Positions 17,736 to 28,022 of a DNA stretch of 64,000 nt are shown here, piece by piece. The DNA lies in NCBI GenBank assembly GCA_041690395.1, contig JAWLHJ010000001.1, forward strand, positions 768,001-832,000, written 5' to 3'. The notes below the pieces were generated by a model. The model ran no database searches. It worked only from the letters and a program-made list of their open reading frames with translations, and had not been told where the DNA came from. This DNA comes from Longimicrobiales bacterium. GTDB lineage: Bacteria; Gemmatimonadota; Gemmatimonadetes; Longimicrobiales; Gaopeijiaceae. The position numbers were made by a program, and so were the translations under genes. Position 1 is the first letter of the stretch; every line of letters begins with the position of its first letter.

Positions 17736-20237
17736 CTACTCCATCGGCGCCCAGAACAGCACGGGATCCTCGACCCGGATGTCCATCTTCTCGAGCGGCA
17801 CGGGGAAGGGCTCGATCGCTGCGGCCTTCTCGCGCCACTCGGCCCAGACGTTCTCCAGCTCCCGGGCGAGATCGTCCTCGAGCGTGGTGATGGCGTTCTC
17901 GTAGTCCTCGAGCTTCTCGGCCGCGCTGTTGGCCCGCTCCTGGGTGCGGCGGGTCTGGGACCGCCGCGACGCCGCCCCCGACAGAGCGCGAACACGCGCC
18001 TTGCCTCCGAGGAACATCGACAGGAGCTCGCCCGCGCCGGACACGAGCTCCTGCTGACGCCGTGTCCCGACGTCGACCTCGAGCTCACGGACGCGGCGCG
18101 CGGCCCCGTCCCGGCGCTCGCGCGCGGTCTTCAGGCGACTCTCGAAGCGATCGCGCAACTTGGCCGCCTCGGCATCGGCCGCCTGCTCGGCGGCTTCCAG
18201 GCACCGCGCGCGGAAGGCTTCTGCCGTCTCCCCGGCACGGGAGTACAGCTTGAGGGCGGGGTTCCGGAACAGGTCGAGGGTGAGCGACCCGTACAGATGA
18301 TCCTGCAGGTCGCGCTTCAGCGAGCGGAAGTAGTCCGCGGACTGGACGTCCGCGGAGGGGAGCACGAACGGCGCGGGCCGGACGGGCGCGGCGAGGAAGT
18401 CGCGATCGTCGTAGTCGACGGCGACCGCATCCTGCACGCGAGAGTCCGACTCGAGCGGGAAGAGCACGGCCTCCCATTCCTGGTCGTGGCGGAGATCGGC
18501 CTTGGTCTCGTCGAAGAGGAGCTTCACGCGGAACGCCAGCCCCGCGTTGAGGCTTCCGCCGCCGGCTCCCGCGCCGATCTCGCGTGCCCAGGGGGCGGCC
18601 GGGTCCAGGTAGCATACACGCGCCTCCGACGAGACCGTGGGCGCTACCGGGGTCTCGTCGTGGGGCAGGTCGGCGAGGGCGGGCGAAGCGGAGGCCAGCG
18701 AACGGCCCGCCGGGCCGGCGGCCGCTCCTGCCGCCGGGCTCCCCGCGGGGGCTGAGCCCGGACCGCTCCCCGAGCCCGCACTGCCCGCGGGAGCTGCGCC
18801 CGCCGGGGCCGCCTCCGCGGCGGGACTGGCGGGACCCCGAGCCTCGTCCGCCTCCCGCAACCGCAGCAGCTCCGGTCGGGTCAGCGGCCCCCGAAGGAAC
18901 GACATGGCCCAACGCGACGTGAACAGCGCCGGCTGGGACGTGCGCGCCGTCTTCAGCACGAACTCGCGCTTGCCGAGCTCGCCGATCCGGGCGCCCCACG
19001 AGGCCACGTCGACGTCTCCCGACGCGGAGCGCATCGCCTCGACGATGCGCGCCTTGTCGCGCTCGGTCTGAAGCCGCCCGATCATCCAGGTGCCGGCGTT
19101 GGACATGAGCTTGTAGTCGACGTCCACCGGGTTCTGCGTGGAGATCACCATGCCGACGCCGTGCGCGCGCGCCTGCTTGAAGATCGTGAGCATGGGCTTC
19201 TTCGACGGCGGCTCGGCCGTGGGCGGGGCGAGCCCGAACACCTCGTCGACGTAGACCAGCGCCTTCAGGTCGGAGGTCCCCGGCTGCTGCCGCATCCAGG
19301 TGACCATCTTGGAGAGGAGGAGCGTTACGACGAACTGGCGCTCGGTCTCGGTCAGGTGCGACATGTAGACGACGCTTGCGCGCGGCCGCCCGTCCGGCGC
19401 TCGGAGGAGGGTGTCCATGTCCAGCGGCTCGCCCTGCATCCAAGCCGCGAAAGAAGGGGACGCCACCAGGCCGTTCAGGCGCATCGCGAGCGCCGTCCGG
19501 TCCTTGGCGGGGAAGAACGTGTCCAGCTCGAACACCCCCAACCGCCGCATCGGGGGATCCTGGATCTGCATGAGGAGCGCGGCGAGATCTAGGTCGATGT
19601 CCTGACCCCATGCGTGCTCCACCAGGTTCGCGAGCAGGATGTGCTCCCGGCTCGTGATGGGATCCGCGTCGATGCCCGCGAGCACGAGGAGTCCCGACAC
19701 CAACCCTTCGATCTCCTCACGGAGCGCCTCCTGGTCCCGTGCGGCATTGCCCTTCGGCGCGGATAGGTTGCCGAGCACGTTCAGCGGGATACCCGCGGTC
19801 GAGCCCGGCGTGAAGATCCGCACCTCGGCCCCGTCCGTGAACGCCCGCACGTCCGCCGGGCTGAGCCCGGAGCCCGCGAGCCCCTTCGTCCACCGCTCGG
19901 CCGTGCGTGCCGCGAGCTCCGCGGTATCGATGCCCTCCCGGGCGGCCTCCGCCGGGTCCACCCATTCCTCGAAGTCCGCGGCCGCCAGCTCCGGGAAGCG
20001 GAGGGCGAGGTTCCCCATATCCCCCTTCGGGTCGAGGATGAGCGCGGGAATGCCCGCCTGGAGGACCTCCTCCAGGAGCACCACGCCGAGGCCGGTCTTT
20101 CCCGACCCGGTCATGCCGACGATCACCCCGTGCGTGGTCAGGTGATGGGCCGCGATCTCCCGGCGCGTGGACGTGGGCTTCCGGCTCGACTCGTCCAGGT
20201 CGATGCCGACATAGAGATCACCGCGCTCGTTGCTCAA
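17736..20237 (-). CDS. HerA/FtsK-like (DUF87/DUF853-type) ATPase with coiled-coil C-terminus
   Basis: LTTHGVIVGMTGSGKT Walker A, ILDPKGD, VYVDEVFG Walker B, KQARAHGVG, TQNPVD. Confidence 0.88.
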   Translation of the reverse strand: MSNERGDLYVGIDLDESSRKPTSTRREIAAHHLTTHGVIVGMTGSGKTGLGVVLLEEVLQAGIPALILDPKGDMGNLALRFPELAAADFEEWVDPAEAAREGIDTAELAARTAERWTKGLAGSGLSPADVRAFTDGAEVRIFTPGSTAGIPLNVLGNLSAPKGNAARDQEALREEIEGLVSGLLVLAGIDADPITSREHILLANLVEHAWGQDIDLDLAALLMQIQDPPMRRLGVFELDTFFPAKDRTALAMRLNGLVASPSFAAWMQGEPLDMDTLLRAPDGRPRASVVYMSHLTETERQFVVTLLLSKMVTWMRQQPGTSDLKALVYVDEVFGLAPPTAEPPSKKPMLTIFKQARAHGVGMVISTQNPVDVDYKLMSNAGTWMIGRLQTERDKARIVEAMRSASGDVDVASWGARIGELGKREFVLKTARTSQPALFTSRWAMSFLRGPLTRPELLRLREADEARGPASPAAEAAPAGAAPAGSAGSGSGPGSAPAGSPAAGAAAGPAGRSLASASPALADLPHDETPVAPTVSSEARVCYLDPAAPWAREIGAGAGGGSLNAGLAFRVKLLFDETKADLRHDQEWEAVLFPLESDSRVQDAVAVDYDDRDFLAAPVRPAPFVLPSADVQSADYFRSLKRDLQDHLYGSLTLDLFRNPALKLYSRAGETAEAFRARCLEAAEQAADAEAAKLRDRFESRLKTARERRDGAARRVRELEVDVGTRRQQELVSGAGELLSMFLGGKARVRALSGAASRRSQTRRTQERANSAAEKLEDYENAITTLEDDLARELENVWAEWREKAAAIEPFPVPLEKMDIRVEDPVLFWAPME

Positions 20238-20287
20238 TCTCGTCTCCGTCTCGCGTCGTTGGCCTACGTCGGCGCACCCCGCCGCGC

Positions 20288-20863
20288 CTACTTCCCGAAC
20301 TTGCTCAAGATGTCGTCCAGGGGGTTGCCGTCGCCGTCCTGATCCAGCATCGCGGCCAGCCCTCCCAGACCTCCGCCGCCACCGCCCGCGCTCCTACCGC
20401 CGCCGAGGAGGCCGCCGAGCATGCCGCGGAGCCCTCCACGGGAGGGCTCCGCATCACCGCCGCCGCCCTGCTTCGCGAGCGCGCCCGCGACCATCATCGC
20501 CAGCATCGGCAGCATCTTCTTCAGCAGCGACGGATCGAGGCCCGTGCGCGAGGCCGCGTCCTGCGCGACGGCGCGACTCACGTCCTTGGACCCGAAGATC
20601 TGCCCCAGGACCTCGTTCCCACGGCCTACGTCGGTGGGTTCGTTGCCGAGCACGTTGTCGAGCAGCCCGCCTCCGCCGAGTTGGCCCAGCAAGGCGCCGA
20701 GGCCACCGGCACCCGCCGCCTGGCCCTGGGCCTTCCGCATCCCACCGAGGATGGCGGGAGCGAGAGCACTCGCGCCGGTCGCGGCCTGACTCTCGGAAAT
20801 GCCCAGCTCCTTCGCCATCGACTGGAGGCCGCCCATCTGGGAGAGAATCTCGGTGATATCCAT
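20288..20863 (-). CDS. DUF937 family protein
   Basis: GNEVLGQIFGSK, LLKKMLPMLA, LDQDGDGNPLDDIL; GAGGAG SD. Confidence 0.8.
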   Translation of the reverse strand: MDITEILSQMGGLQSMAKELGISESQAATGASALAPAILGGMRKAQGQAAGAGGLGALLGQLGGGGLLDNVLGNEPTDVGRGNEVLGQIFGSKDVSRAVAQDAASRTGLDPSLLKKMLPMLAMMVAGALAKQGGGGDAEPSRGGLRGMLGGLLGGGRSAGGGGGGLGGLAAMLDQDGDGNPLDDILSKFGK

Positions 20864-21068
20864 GGGAATGCTCCTCGGGGTCGGCCCCGTTACGGTGCGC
20901 AGCGCCCCGGTCAGGCGCCGCCCGGGAAGCTACCCCAGAGCGGAAGATGTCGCCAAGACGGGGGCGTACGCTCGCCCGTCCGTTTGGGCCCACATCCACG
21001 CCGCATCGTCCAGACCCGTTAGCTTCACGTCCGCAGGAACGTCACAGAAGAAGTGAAGGGGGAGTACC

Positions 21069-21506
21069 ATGTCCGGATCATTGGCCGAGCTCGTCATCGA
21101 TGGAGGGATCGCCGAGCTGAAGTGCCCGATCACGGGCATCCCCCTCATCGTGCAGGACGAAGGCTTCGACTCCGACGCCCACCACTCGCCCCACTTACGG
21201 TTCTTCGTGGATTGGATCGATCAGGCCTGGGTCGTGGACCCGGACGACCTTCCGGACGAGCAGGCGCCGGGTCAGCGCAGGCTCGTCGAGATCCTGACGA
21301 GCGACGAGGCGTTCGATTCGCGGCACGCGATGATCGACGCGTGCGTCGAAGCACTTCCGGGGTCGGCCCTGGTGCTGGAGATCCTAGATCCCCCGGAAGG
21401 CGCGTTCGAGGGCGACATCTGTTACGCCTGTTTCGACCTCGGGGCGCGTGCGTCGGCGGATGCCGTGCGCCTGCACCTGGCGGAGCCTGCGGAAGCGGCG
21501 AGTTAG
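21069..21506 (+). CDS. Hypothetical acidic protein
   Basis: GGGGAG SD + ATG; coding-like composition; no recognised family. Confidence 0.65.
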   Translation: MSGSLAELVIDGGIAELKCPITGIPLIVQDEGFDSDAHHSPHLRFFVDWIDQAWVVDPDDLPDEQAPGQRRLVEILTSDEAFDSRHAMIDACVEALPGSALVLEILDPPEGAFEGDICYACFDLGARASADAVRLHLAEPAEAAS

Positions 21507-21907
21507 GCACCTTCGCGATGGGGTGGCTGCCCCGTCGCGGCCGCGAGCCCGCGGTCATAGGTCATGATCCGGCGCACATCCCGGCGGACGCAGCACGCGA
21601 GTTGCACCAGATCGCGCGCCGAGAGCCCCGGGTGCTCCCCGTCCAGTGCACGGGCGAGGTGTACGTCGGCTTCCTCCACGGACCAGGTTTCGTCCACGCA
21701 TCCCGCCACGAGGGTGAGCGCTGCGTCGAGGGTCGCCTGTCGGTCCACGGGAAGGTAGGCGTGCAGGAGTTCCTGGAGCACCTCGGCGGACGTGACCAGC
21801 CTCTGGTGTTGCTCCACTGCCTGGAAGAGGAAGGCTCGAGCCTTCCCGCGGAGCGGATGTGGGCCGCCCACGGCGTACATGAAGACGTTCGTATCGACGA
21901 AGATCAC
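21503..21907 (-). CDS. vapC: PIN-domain toxin VapC
   Basis: MIFVDTNVFMYAVG, TSAEVLQE, LSARD, IMTYDRG; GTGA coupling to the antitoxin. Confidence 0.9.
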   Translation of the reverse strand: MIFVDTNVFMYAVGGPHPLRGKARAFLFQAVEQHQRLVTSAEVLQELLHAYLPVDRQATLDAALTLVAGCVDETWSVEEADVHLARALDGEHPGLSARDLVQLACCVRRDVRRIMTYDRGLAAATGQPPHREGA

Positions 21908-22179
21908 GTGACGTCCAGCCCCCGCACCCGGGAGCGCTCGATGGCGTCACGATGCTCGGCCCAATCCGGTTCCGGCTCGACTTCGAGCTCATCGCACGCC
22001 TCAAAGAACTCGGCGAGGGCGTCGCGGGAGCGCAGTGATCGGCCCTCCTGGGTTTCGCGAAGCCGGTCCTCCGCCGCCTCGCGGAGCCAGGCAGCCAGTG
22101 ACTTCCCCTCCCGGTCCGCCTGCGCGCGATAGCGGGCCTTGTCGTCGGGGTCGAGAACGATGTGGATGCGGGTGCTCAT
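21904..22179 (-). CDS. vapB: Antitoxin (ribbon-helix-helix/CopG-like)
   Basis: RIHIVLD..YRAQADREGKSLAAWLREAA RHH pattern directly upstream of the PIN gene. Confidence 0.8.
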   Translation of the reverse strand: MSTRIHIVLDPDDKARYRAQADREGKSLAAWLREAAEDRLRETQEGRSLRSRDALAEFFEACDELEVEPEPDWAEHRDAIERSRVRGLDVT

Positions 22180-22187
22180 GGCTGAAG

Positions 22188-22208
22188 ATACACATTCGAG
22201 ATGTGTAT
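22188..22208. promoter_or_regulatory. Probable vapBC autoregulatory operator
   Basis: Perfect inverted repeat ATACACAT-tcgag-ATGTGTAT just upstream of the antitoxin start. Confidence 0.7.
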
Positions 22209-22233
22209 GTGCCATGAATGGGTGATGCGCGAG

Positions 22234-23024
22234 CTAGACCGACGGCCCCGGACCTGCCATCAGCCCGTCCGCCCACGCTTCGATGGTCTCGCGCATGACG
22301 AGCCGGTCCAGCCACCGCTCCGGGATCCCCTCCGCGCCGTAGCACGCACCTGCGAGCTGGCCGCACACCGCGGCCGTCGTGTCGGCGTCGTCGCCGAGGT
22401 TGGCGGCGGCGAGGACGGCTTCTTCGAAGGATCTCGTACGCTCGAAGGACCAGAGCGCAGCTTCGAGAGAGTCCACCACGTACCCCGTCCCGCGGATGTC
22501 CGACGGGTCCCGCCCGACGTAGCCGCCGCCGGCGATCTCCTGGAGCCGCTCGGACATCCAACTGGCCGGCTCGATGGCCCGGAGCGCGTCCGCCTTGGGT
22601 GCGCCCGACAAGAGCGCGTGTAGTGCGGCGGCCAGGATGCGGCACGCCGCCACCGCCTCGGCCGCGCCATGGGTCGTCCGCGAGCTATCCGCGGCGTAGC
22701 GGTCGACCACCTCGGCGTCGGGATGGTAGAACAGCACCACGGGGGCGAGGCGCATGATCGAGCCGTTCCCCGCGGACCAGGGTGACTTCGAGCCGCAGTA
22801 GGCCTCCCCGGTGTGCTCGAACCGGGCGAGGGCCTCGCGGACCGTGTTGCCGATGTCGAAGCACTCGCCCGTCGAGCTCAGGTGGCCCTCGCGCATCCGA
22901 AGGGGCCTCCGCCCACCATGTCCGTGAGGGGCTCGAAGCTTCCGCGGGGGCTGAACTCCACGGTGGTGCCCACGGCGTCACCGCAAGCGAGTCCGAGGAG
23001 GCACCCGCGTGCGCGGGAGGTCAC
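22234..23024 (-). pseudogene. ADP-ribosylglycohydrolase (DraG/ARH family) with internal deletion and frameshift near 22896
   Basis: N-part RARGCLLGLACGDAVG..DMVGGGPFG (23024-22896) and C-part REGHLSSTGECFDIG..GNGSIMR..DDADTTAAV lie in different frames; the TDD motif is absent. Confidence 0.85.
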
Positions 23025-23965
23025 CCCAATCGTACCTCCTGCAGCCGCCGTTCGAACGCCCCGCCAGGCGGCGCGGCGAAGAAGTTGTACCCCAACCTGG
23101 ACCAGGGCTTGAAGCGACGCACGTCGTCGAGTGTCCGGATCGGGTGAACCTCGCCGGTCTCCGTCACGAAGCACACGCTGGCGCCGAGGTCGAGCACGAA
23201 CTCGCTCGTCGAGCAGGAGTCGTCGTTGCCGTGGTCCTCGTAGATGAGCATCCAGTCCCGCTCGGACAGCCTGCTCGAGCCTCGTAGCGCCGGGATCTCC
23301 ATGCCTTCGACGTCCAGCTTGAGGACCACGGGATGGCCCGGTGGTACATGCTCCTCGATCACCGCGTCCAACGAGATGGAGTCGACGACCTCCGTCTCGA
23401 GACCCTCCCTGGGGCCGTTCGCCCCGACCGCCCCCGCGGCGGCCCGGGCCCCGACGACGGAAGCAGGGTACTCGATGATCACCTCTTCACCCGCGGTCTC
23501 TGCGAGGGCCCTCTTGAGCGTCGTGAACCGGTCGCCGTTGAGTTGGCGGTTCTCCTCCAGGGCGCGGAACGTCTCTCCGACGGGCTCGATGGCGACCGTG
23601 GGTTTCGCGCCGAAGCGACAGCTCGTCGCGAGCACGCTCCAGTATCCGAAGTTGGCGCCCGCGTCGATGAACACGTAGTCCACGTCCGCGATGCAGTGCA
23701 GAATGAGGGCCGTCGCCCGCTCGTAATCGAACCGCTCGGAGACGAGGCGGCTCCAGTAGGGATCCGCCGTGCGCATGCTGAACAGTGCATCCGGCGCGAG
23801 CTCCACGGTACATCGCTGCCCAGGCGGGGCGAGGCGCCCGCACCATCGAGCCAGCTTGAAGAACCCATGGTGCTTCAGAGGACGCGTCACGACCTCCGCC
23901 AAGTCGATGCCGCGCAGAGCCACGAAGCTGAGCGGGCCGTTTGGATCGACGGTCACGGGACGCAT
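23021..23965 (-). CDS. FkbM family SAM methyltransferase
   Basis: FIDAGANFGYWS, AIEP, ISLD, LKLDVEGMEIPALRG; AGGAGG SD. Confidence 0.88.
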   Translation of the reverse strand: MRPVTVDPNGPLSFVALRGIDLAEVVTRPLKHHGFFKLARWCGRLAPPGQRCTVELAPDALFSMRTADPYWSRLVSERFDYERATALILHCIADVDYVFIDAGANFGYWSVLATSCRFGAKPTVAIEPVGETFRALEENRQLNGDRFTTLKRALAETAGEEVIIEYPASVVGARAAAGAVGANGPREGLETEVVDSISLDAVIEEHVPPGHPVVLKLDVEGMEIPALRGSSRLSERDWMLIYEDHGNDDSCSTSEFVLDLGASVCFVTETGEVHPIRTLDDVRRFKPWSRLGYNFFAAPPGGAFERRLQEVRLG

Positions 23966-24031
23966 CGGGGTCCTCCTGTTCCGGTGGAGCGGCGTGTCTA
24001 CCGGTACGGACATATGCAAGGTTCGCTCCGC

Positions 24032-24427
24032 TCAGACCGTTACGACCACCGCGCCATGTCCGGGAGCTCGCGCGAGTCGCCCGTCGCAGGTGAGAAGCGG
24101 CGCGTCGAGCGCTTCCGCGAGGGAGATGTAGGCGCCGTCGTGCGCCGTCAGGTTCTCCCGGAGCGCCCAGATGCGCGGTAGAAGGATCCGGCTGGGGTGT
24201 CGTGTGACCGGCAGGCGTTGGAGTAGCTGCAGGGCGGCGGCGGCGCGCGCTTCGGGAAGAACATTCCGCGCCGCATGGCGCCGGAACACCTGCGCTACCT
24301 CCAGGTCCATCAGGTCCGGCGCGTGGAGGCGGGACCCGGCGCCCGCGTCGCGGACGGCCTCGGCGACCGCCTCACCGCGCTGGCTCCCGAGCAGCAGCTC
24401 CACCACGGCCGACGCGTCGAGGATCAT
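24032..24427 (-). CDS. vapC: PIN-domain toxin VapC
   Basis: MILDASAVVELL, HAPDLMDLEV, NLTAHDGAYISLAEAL, LLTCDGRL. Confidence 0.92.
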   Translation of the reverse strand: MILDASAVVELLLGSQRGEAVAEAVRDAGAGSRLHAPDLMDLEVAQVFRRHAARNVLPEARAAAALQLLQRLPVTRHPSRILLPRIWALRENLTAHDGAYISLAEALDAPLLTCDGRLARAPGHGAVVVTV

Positions 24428-24429
24428 GC

Positions 24430-24660
24430 TCAGCGACGGTCCCGCTCTTCCCGCAGGATCTCGGCAGCCGGGGGTGCGCCGTAGACCGGTCCGAGCTCAC
24501 GAACACGCGCCACGACCTCGTCGAACGTGAGGGTCTCCACTTCGTTGCGGAGGGCTCTCAGCGCCAGGTCCGAGAGGGTGAGCCCCTCCAGGGCCGCGCG
24601 CGCCTTGGCGCGGCGGTGGAGGTCGTCGGGCACGTTGCGGATCTGGATCATGGTAGACAT
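24430..24660 (-). CDS. vapB: Antitoxin (FitA-like RHH)
   Basis: MIQIRNVPDDLHRRAKARAALEGLTLSD. Confidence 0.88.
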   Translation of the reverse strand: MSTMIQIRNVPDDLHRRAKARAALEGLTLSDLALRALRNEVETLTFDEVVARVRELGPVYGAPPAAEILREERDRR

Positions 24661-24692
24661 GTGATCAACATGGACACATGTGAGTCACATGT
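24657..24692. promoter_or_regulatory. Tandem operator sites of the second vapBC
   Basis: Perfect ACATGTGA-g-TCACATGT (24676-24692) plus an imperfect copy ACATGTGATCAACATG overlapping the start codon. Confidence 0.7.
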
Positions 24693-24781
24693 CAATTAGT
24701 ATGGGCCTGTAGATGCCAAAGCCGGGCCTGCTGGTTAGTCTCGATCGTTGACCGGATGTGACCCAGCAGCACGAGGCGGGA

Positions 24782-26215
24782 ATGATGCACACCCTCCGGA
24801 AGAGGCCTGTCGCCACCGCGACCTACCGATCCCAATCGGCGCGAGCCTCGCGCGCGGCGGTCGTCCCGCTCCTCCTCCTCGCCTTTGTGGGGGCATGCTC
24901 ATCGGATGGCCCGACGGAACCCGATCCGCCGCCGGTCACGGAGCCCGAGGCTCCCGAACCGACCGTCCCGGCCGAAGCGACCGATTGGCTCAACGCGAAC
25001 GTCATCCCGCTCGATGGCAGCGACCTGCAGGCCGACTTGTCCGATCTGGACGTGCTTCGATCACTGGTTGGGGACGCGCGGATCGTCTCCCTCGGTGAGG
25101 GCACGCACGGCACTCGCGAGTTCTTCCAGATGAAGCACCGGATTCTCCGGTTTCTCGTCGAGGAGATGGGGTTCGACGCCATAGCGATGGAGGCGACTTG
25201 GGCCGAGTCCAATCGACTGGATGACTACGTCCGCACCGGCAACGGAGATGCGCGGGAGCTGCTGAGCGGACTCTACTTCTGGACGTGGAACACCGAGTCG
25301 GTACTGGACATGGTCGGATGGCTACGAGGATGGAACGAGGCGGGTCATGATGTCGGATTCTACGGCTTCGACATGCGGTTCCCCGGCATGGCGCTCCACA
25401 ATGTCGATCGCTTCCTGGAGGTCGTCGACCCTGAAGCCGCGCCGTCGTACGACGAGCGGCTCGAGTGTCTCAGGCCGTTCGTGAATGGCCCGGACGGCCG
25501 CTTCCCGACTCCGTCCTACGGGGCGCAATCGACCTTGTACCGTTCGCTGTGCCGGGGGGAGCTTCAGTGGGCGATGGACAGTCTTCGGGTCGAGGAGGAC
25601 CGGTACGTGGGATTGTCGTCACGCGCCGCGTTCGAACACGCGGAGCGAAGCCTCAGGATCCTGGAGCAGTGGGAGCTCCAAGCATCTGATCGTGGGAGTC
25701 GCGACGTGTTCATGGCCGAGAACGTCGATTGGCTGCTCGACCAGCTCGGGCCAGACGGCAAGCTCGTGTTGTGGGCCCACAACTCCCATGTCGCGAGGCT
25801 GCCGTCTTCGATGGGCGGTGAGTTGGACGCCCGGCACGGCGACGACATGGTGGTTCTCGGCTTCGCCTTCGGAGAGGGGCAGTTCAGTGCGGTGACCATG
25901 GCGGGCTCATCGTTCGTCGACCTTGAATCGCAGACCGCGGCTCCACCCCGGATCGACTCCTACGAGATGTACTTCGCCACCGCGAACGCCCCGACGTTTC
26001 TCCTTCCCCTGCGCGGACTCGACCTCTCGCCCCCGGAGGCTTCGTGGATGACCGGGCCGCGGCAGATGCGGTTCATCGGATGCTGCTACGACCCGGCGCG
26101 GAGTAGTGCCTTCCACTACACGGCACGGCTCCCGGAAGAATTCGACGCCCTCGTCTGGGTCGCTCAGACAACCGCCACCAGGCTGCTGCCCTTCCGCTAT
26201 CCACAGGGATTCTGA
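24782..26215 (+). CDS. Erythromycin esterase (Ere) family lipoprotein; start uncertain
   Basis: IVSLGEGTHGTREFF, AME, GFD, RDVFMAENV, LWAHNSHV, FDALVW; lipobox VGAC. Confidence 0.88.
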   Translation: MMHTLRKRPVATATYRSQSARASRAAVVPLLLLAFVGACSSDGPTEPDPPPVTEPEAPEPTVPAEATDWLNANVIPLDGSDLQADLSDLDVLRSLVGDARIVSLGEGTHGTREFFQMKHRILRFLVEEMGFDAIAMEATWAESNRLDDYVRTGNGDARELLSGLYFWTWNTESVLDMVGWLRGWNEAGHDVGFYGFDMRFPGMALHNVDRFLEVVDPEAAPSYDERLECLRPFVNGPDGRFPTPSYGAQSTLYRSLCRGELQWAMDSLRVEEDRYVGLSSRAAFEHAERSLRILEQWELQASDRGSRDVFMAENVDWLLDQLGPDGKLVLWAHNSHVARLPSSMGGELDARHGDDMVVLGFAFGEGQFSAVTMAGSSFVDLESQTAAPPRIDSYEMYFATANAPTFLLPLRGLDLSPPEASWMTGPRQMRFIGCCYDPARSSAFHYTARLPEEFDALVWVAQTTATRLLPFRYPQGF

Positions 26216-26321
26216 CAGTAGGTCCACCTCACGCCCGCGTTGAACGCGCGCCCTGGCGGCCCCGAGCCCTGTCTTGCGTTCCATATAGTGCAGAGTGCTC
26301 CCCCCGATTCGTGAGGCCCCA

Positions 26322-27815
26322 ATGCGAAAACTCGCCTCGTTCTCCGGCCCGTCCGTGATCGCTCTCCTGCTCACCCTCCCGTCCCCCGCGCTCGCCCAGG
26401 ATGCGCAATCCATCCTGGAGTCCGTGGCGGACGCGCAGGCGGAACGCTGGGCCAACGTGGACAACTACACCGTCGTGAAGTCCGTCGAGGCGGCGGGCGG
26501 TCTCGAGACGCCGCAGTACTTCGTGAAGATGGAGGTGGACGGCGAACCGACGTTCCGGCTCGTCCCGCCTCCGGTGTACGAGCGCGAGATGTTGGAGGCC
26601 GCGGGCTTTCCCCCGCCGGGCCCCGAGTTCTACGAAGGCCTGGCCATGGGCTACGACCTGCTGGGACCCGTCCTCGAGCAGGGTGGCGGCGATCAGCCGC
26701 CCATGCCCGGAGTCACGGAGATGACGACTCAGATCTCGGCTGTCCTCAGGGAAGGCGCGGACGCCGTGCGCAACCTCGACGACGGAACGGCCGACGCGGA
26801 GCAGGCCGTGGCGGACATGAGCGCGTTCGCCGAGAGAGCGAGGCTGGTGGGCGTCGAGCCCGTCCTCGCTCATCCGGACGGGGCGATGCGTGACGCGTAC
26901 CACCTGGTGGTCGAGGACGTCGGCATGACCCAGGAGACGGGTGGAGGATCGTTCACGCTCCACACCGCGAGCATGTGGATCGATACCGAGCACTACGTGC
27001 CGTACCGTTTGCTCATGGAGGGCGAGGTGGAGAGCGACGGCCGGCGCTCACCCCTGACCATCGAACGGCTCGACCTGGACTACCGCGTGCACGGGCCCCT
27101 GTACGTGGCGCACCGCGAGGTGGGTCGGTTGAGCGGCATCATGTCCGCCATGAGCGACAGCGAGCGGAGGGAGATGGAGGAGGCTCGGCGGGAGCTCGCC
27201 GAGGCGGAGCGACAGATGGCGGAGATGCCGGACGGCGCCGCGAAAGCCATGGCGCAGCGCATGATGGGACCGCGCATCGAAGAGATGCGAAGGATGCTGG
27301 ACGGCGAGGCGTTCGAGAGCGCCATGAACGTTTCGACGGTCGCGGTCAACGAGGGACCGCCCACCCCGTACGGCCTGGGCCGGCTCGCGTTGCGGGGCAC
27401 GCACGGGGCGATGACCATGGCCCTCGAGCGGGGCGACGAGGGGGAACCGCTCGTGGCCGAGCTGTCGATCCTGTCCGGCCTCAGCGGAGCAGGGGAGGCC
27501 ACGTTCAGCCTGCTGGGCAATCTGCCCTTTCCCGAGGTGGGCGGGGCCATTCCCGTCGTCGACGCTTCCGGGAGCTTGCCCCACGACGACGGTACGCGGG
27601 TGAGCATCGACTCGGCGACGGGGTCCATCGAGGTCGTCGTGCGCACGGAGACTCGCATCGCCGGCACCTTTGACGCCCTGTTGACGGTTACGGACGCGAA
27701 CGGGGCGGAGGTCACCGTTCCCATCGAAGGGACGTTCGACTCGGGCGCGCCCACCGGACCGCTCCAGGCGCCACGGGGGAGCCCGATTCCGGCCATGTTC
27801 CGGCCGGGAGGGTGA
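26322..27815 (+). CDS. Secreted hypothetical protein
   Basis: Signal peptide ending PALA-Q; long ORF with host-like codon use. Confidence 0.75.
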   Translation: MRKLASFSGPSVIALLLTLPSPALAQDAQSILESVADAQAERWANVDNYTVVKSVEAAGGLETPQYFVKMEVDGEPTFRLVPPPVYEREMLEAAGFPPPGPEFYEGLAMGYDLLGPVLEQGGGDQPPMPGVTEMTTQISAVLREGADAVRNLDDGTADAEQAVADMSAFAERARLVGVEPVLAHPDGAMRDAYHLVVEDVGMTQETGGGSFTLHTASMWIDTEHYVPYRLLMEGEVESDGRRSPLTIERLDLDYRVHGPLYVAHREVGRLSGIMSAMSDSERREMEEARRELAEAERQMAEMPDGAAKAMAQRMMGPRIEEMRRMLDGEAFESAMNVSTVAVNEGPPTPYGLGRLALRGTHGAMTMALERGDEGEPLVAELSILSGLSGAGEATFSLLGNLPFPEVGGAIPVVDASGSLPHDDGTRVSIDSATGSIEVVVRTETRIAGTFDALLTVTDANGAEVTVPIEGTFDSGAPTGPLQAPRGSPIPAMFRPGG

Positions 27816-27843
27816 GGGGGGAGGGGGAGCTTCCAGAGCGGTT

Positions 27844-27985
27844 CGGAAGTCGTTCGAAAGTCGAATGACCTGGACAGGAGCTCCCTGGATGATCCCCCGG
27901 GCGGATCTCCGCGCTACGTCGGGCCTCTGGGGTCCACGTCACTGTGGGCGTGACGGAATCCGATCGTTCGAGAGTCGAACGATTC
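27844..27985. repeat. REP-like palindrome doublet (copy B)
   Basis: TCGTTCGA-aag-TCGAATGA at 27850-27868 and TCGTTCGA-gag-TCGAACGA at 27964-27982; the CGGAAG lead-in is shared with copy A. Confidence 0.75.
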
Positions 27986-28022
27986 TCGAGGCGTCGAGAG
28001 ATCGCGCGAGCCCCGGTCGCGC

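Noticed and set aside
22880..22910. Programmed frameshift in the ADP-ribosylglycohydrolase
   Set aside because: No slippery sequence, and conserved residues are missing, so recoding could not restore the enzyme.
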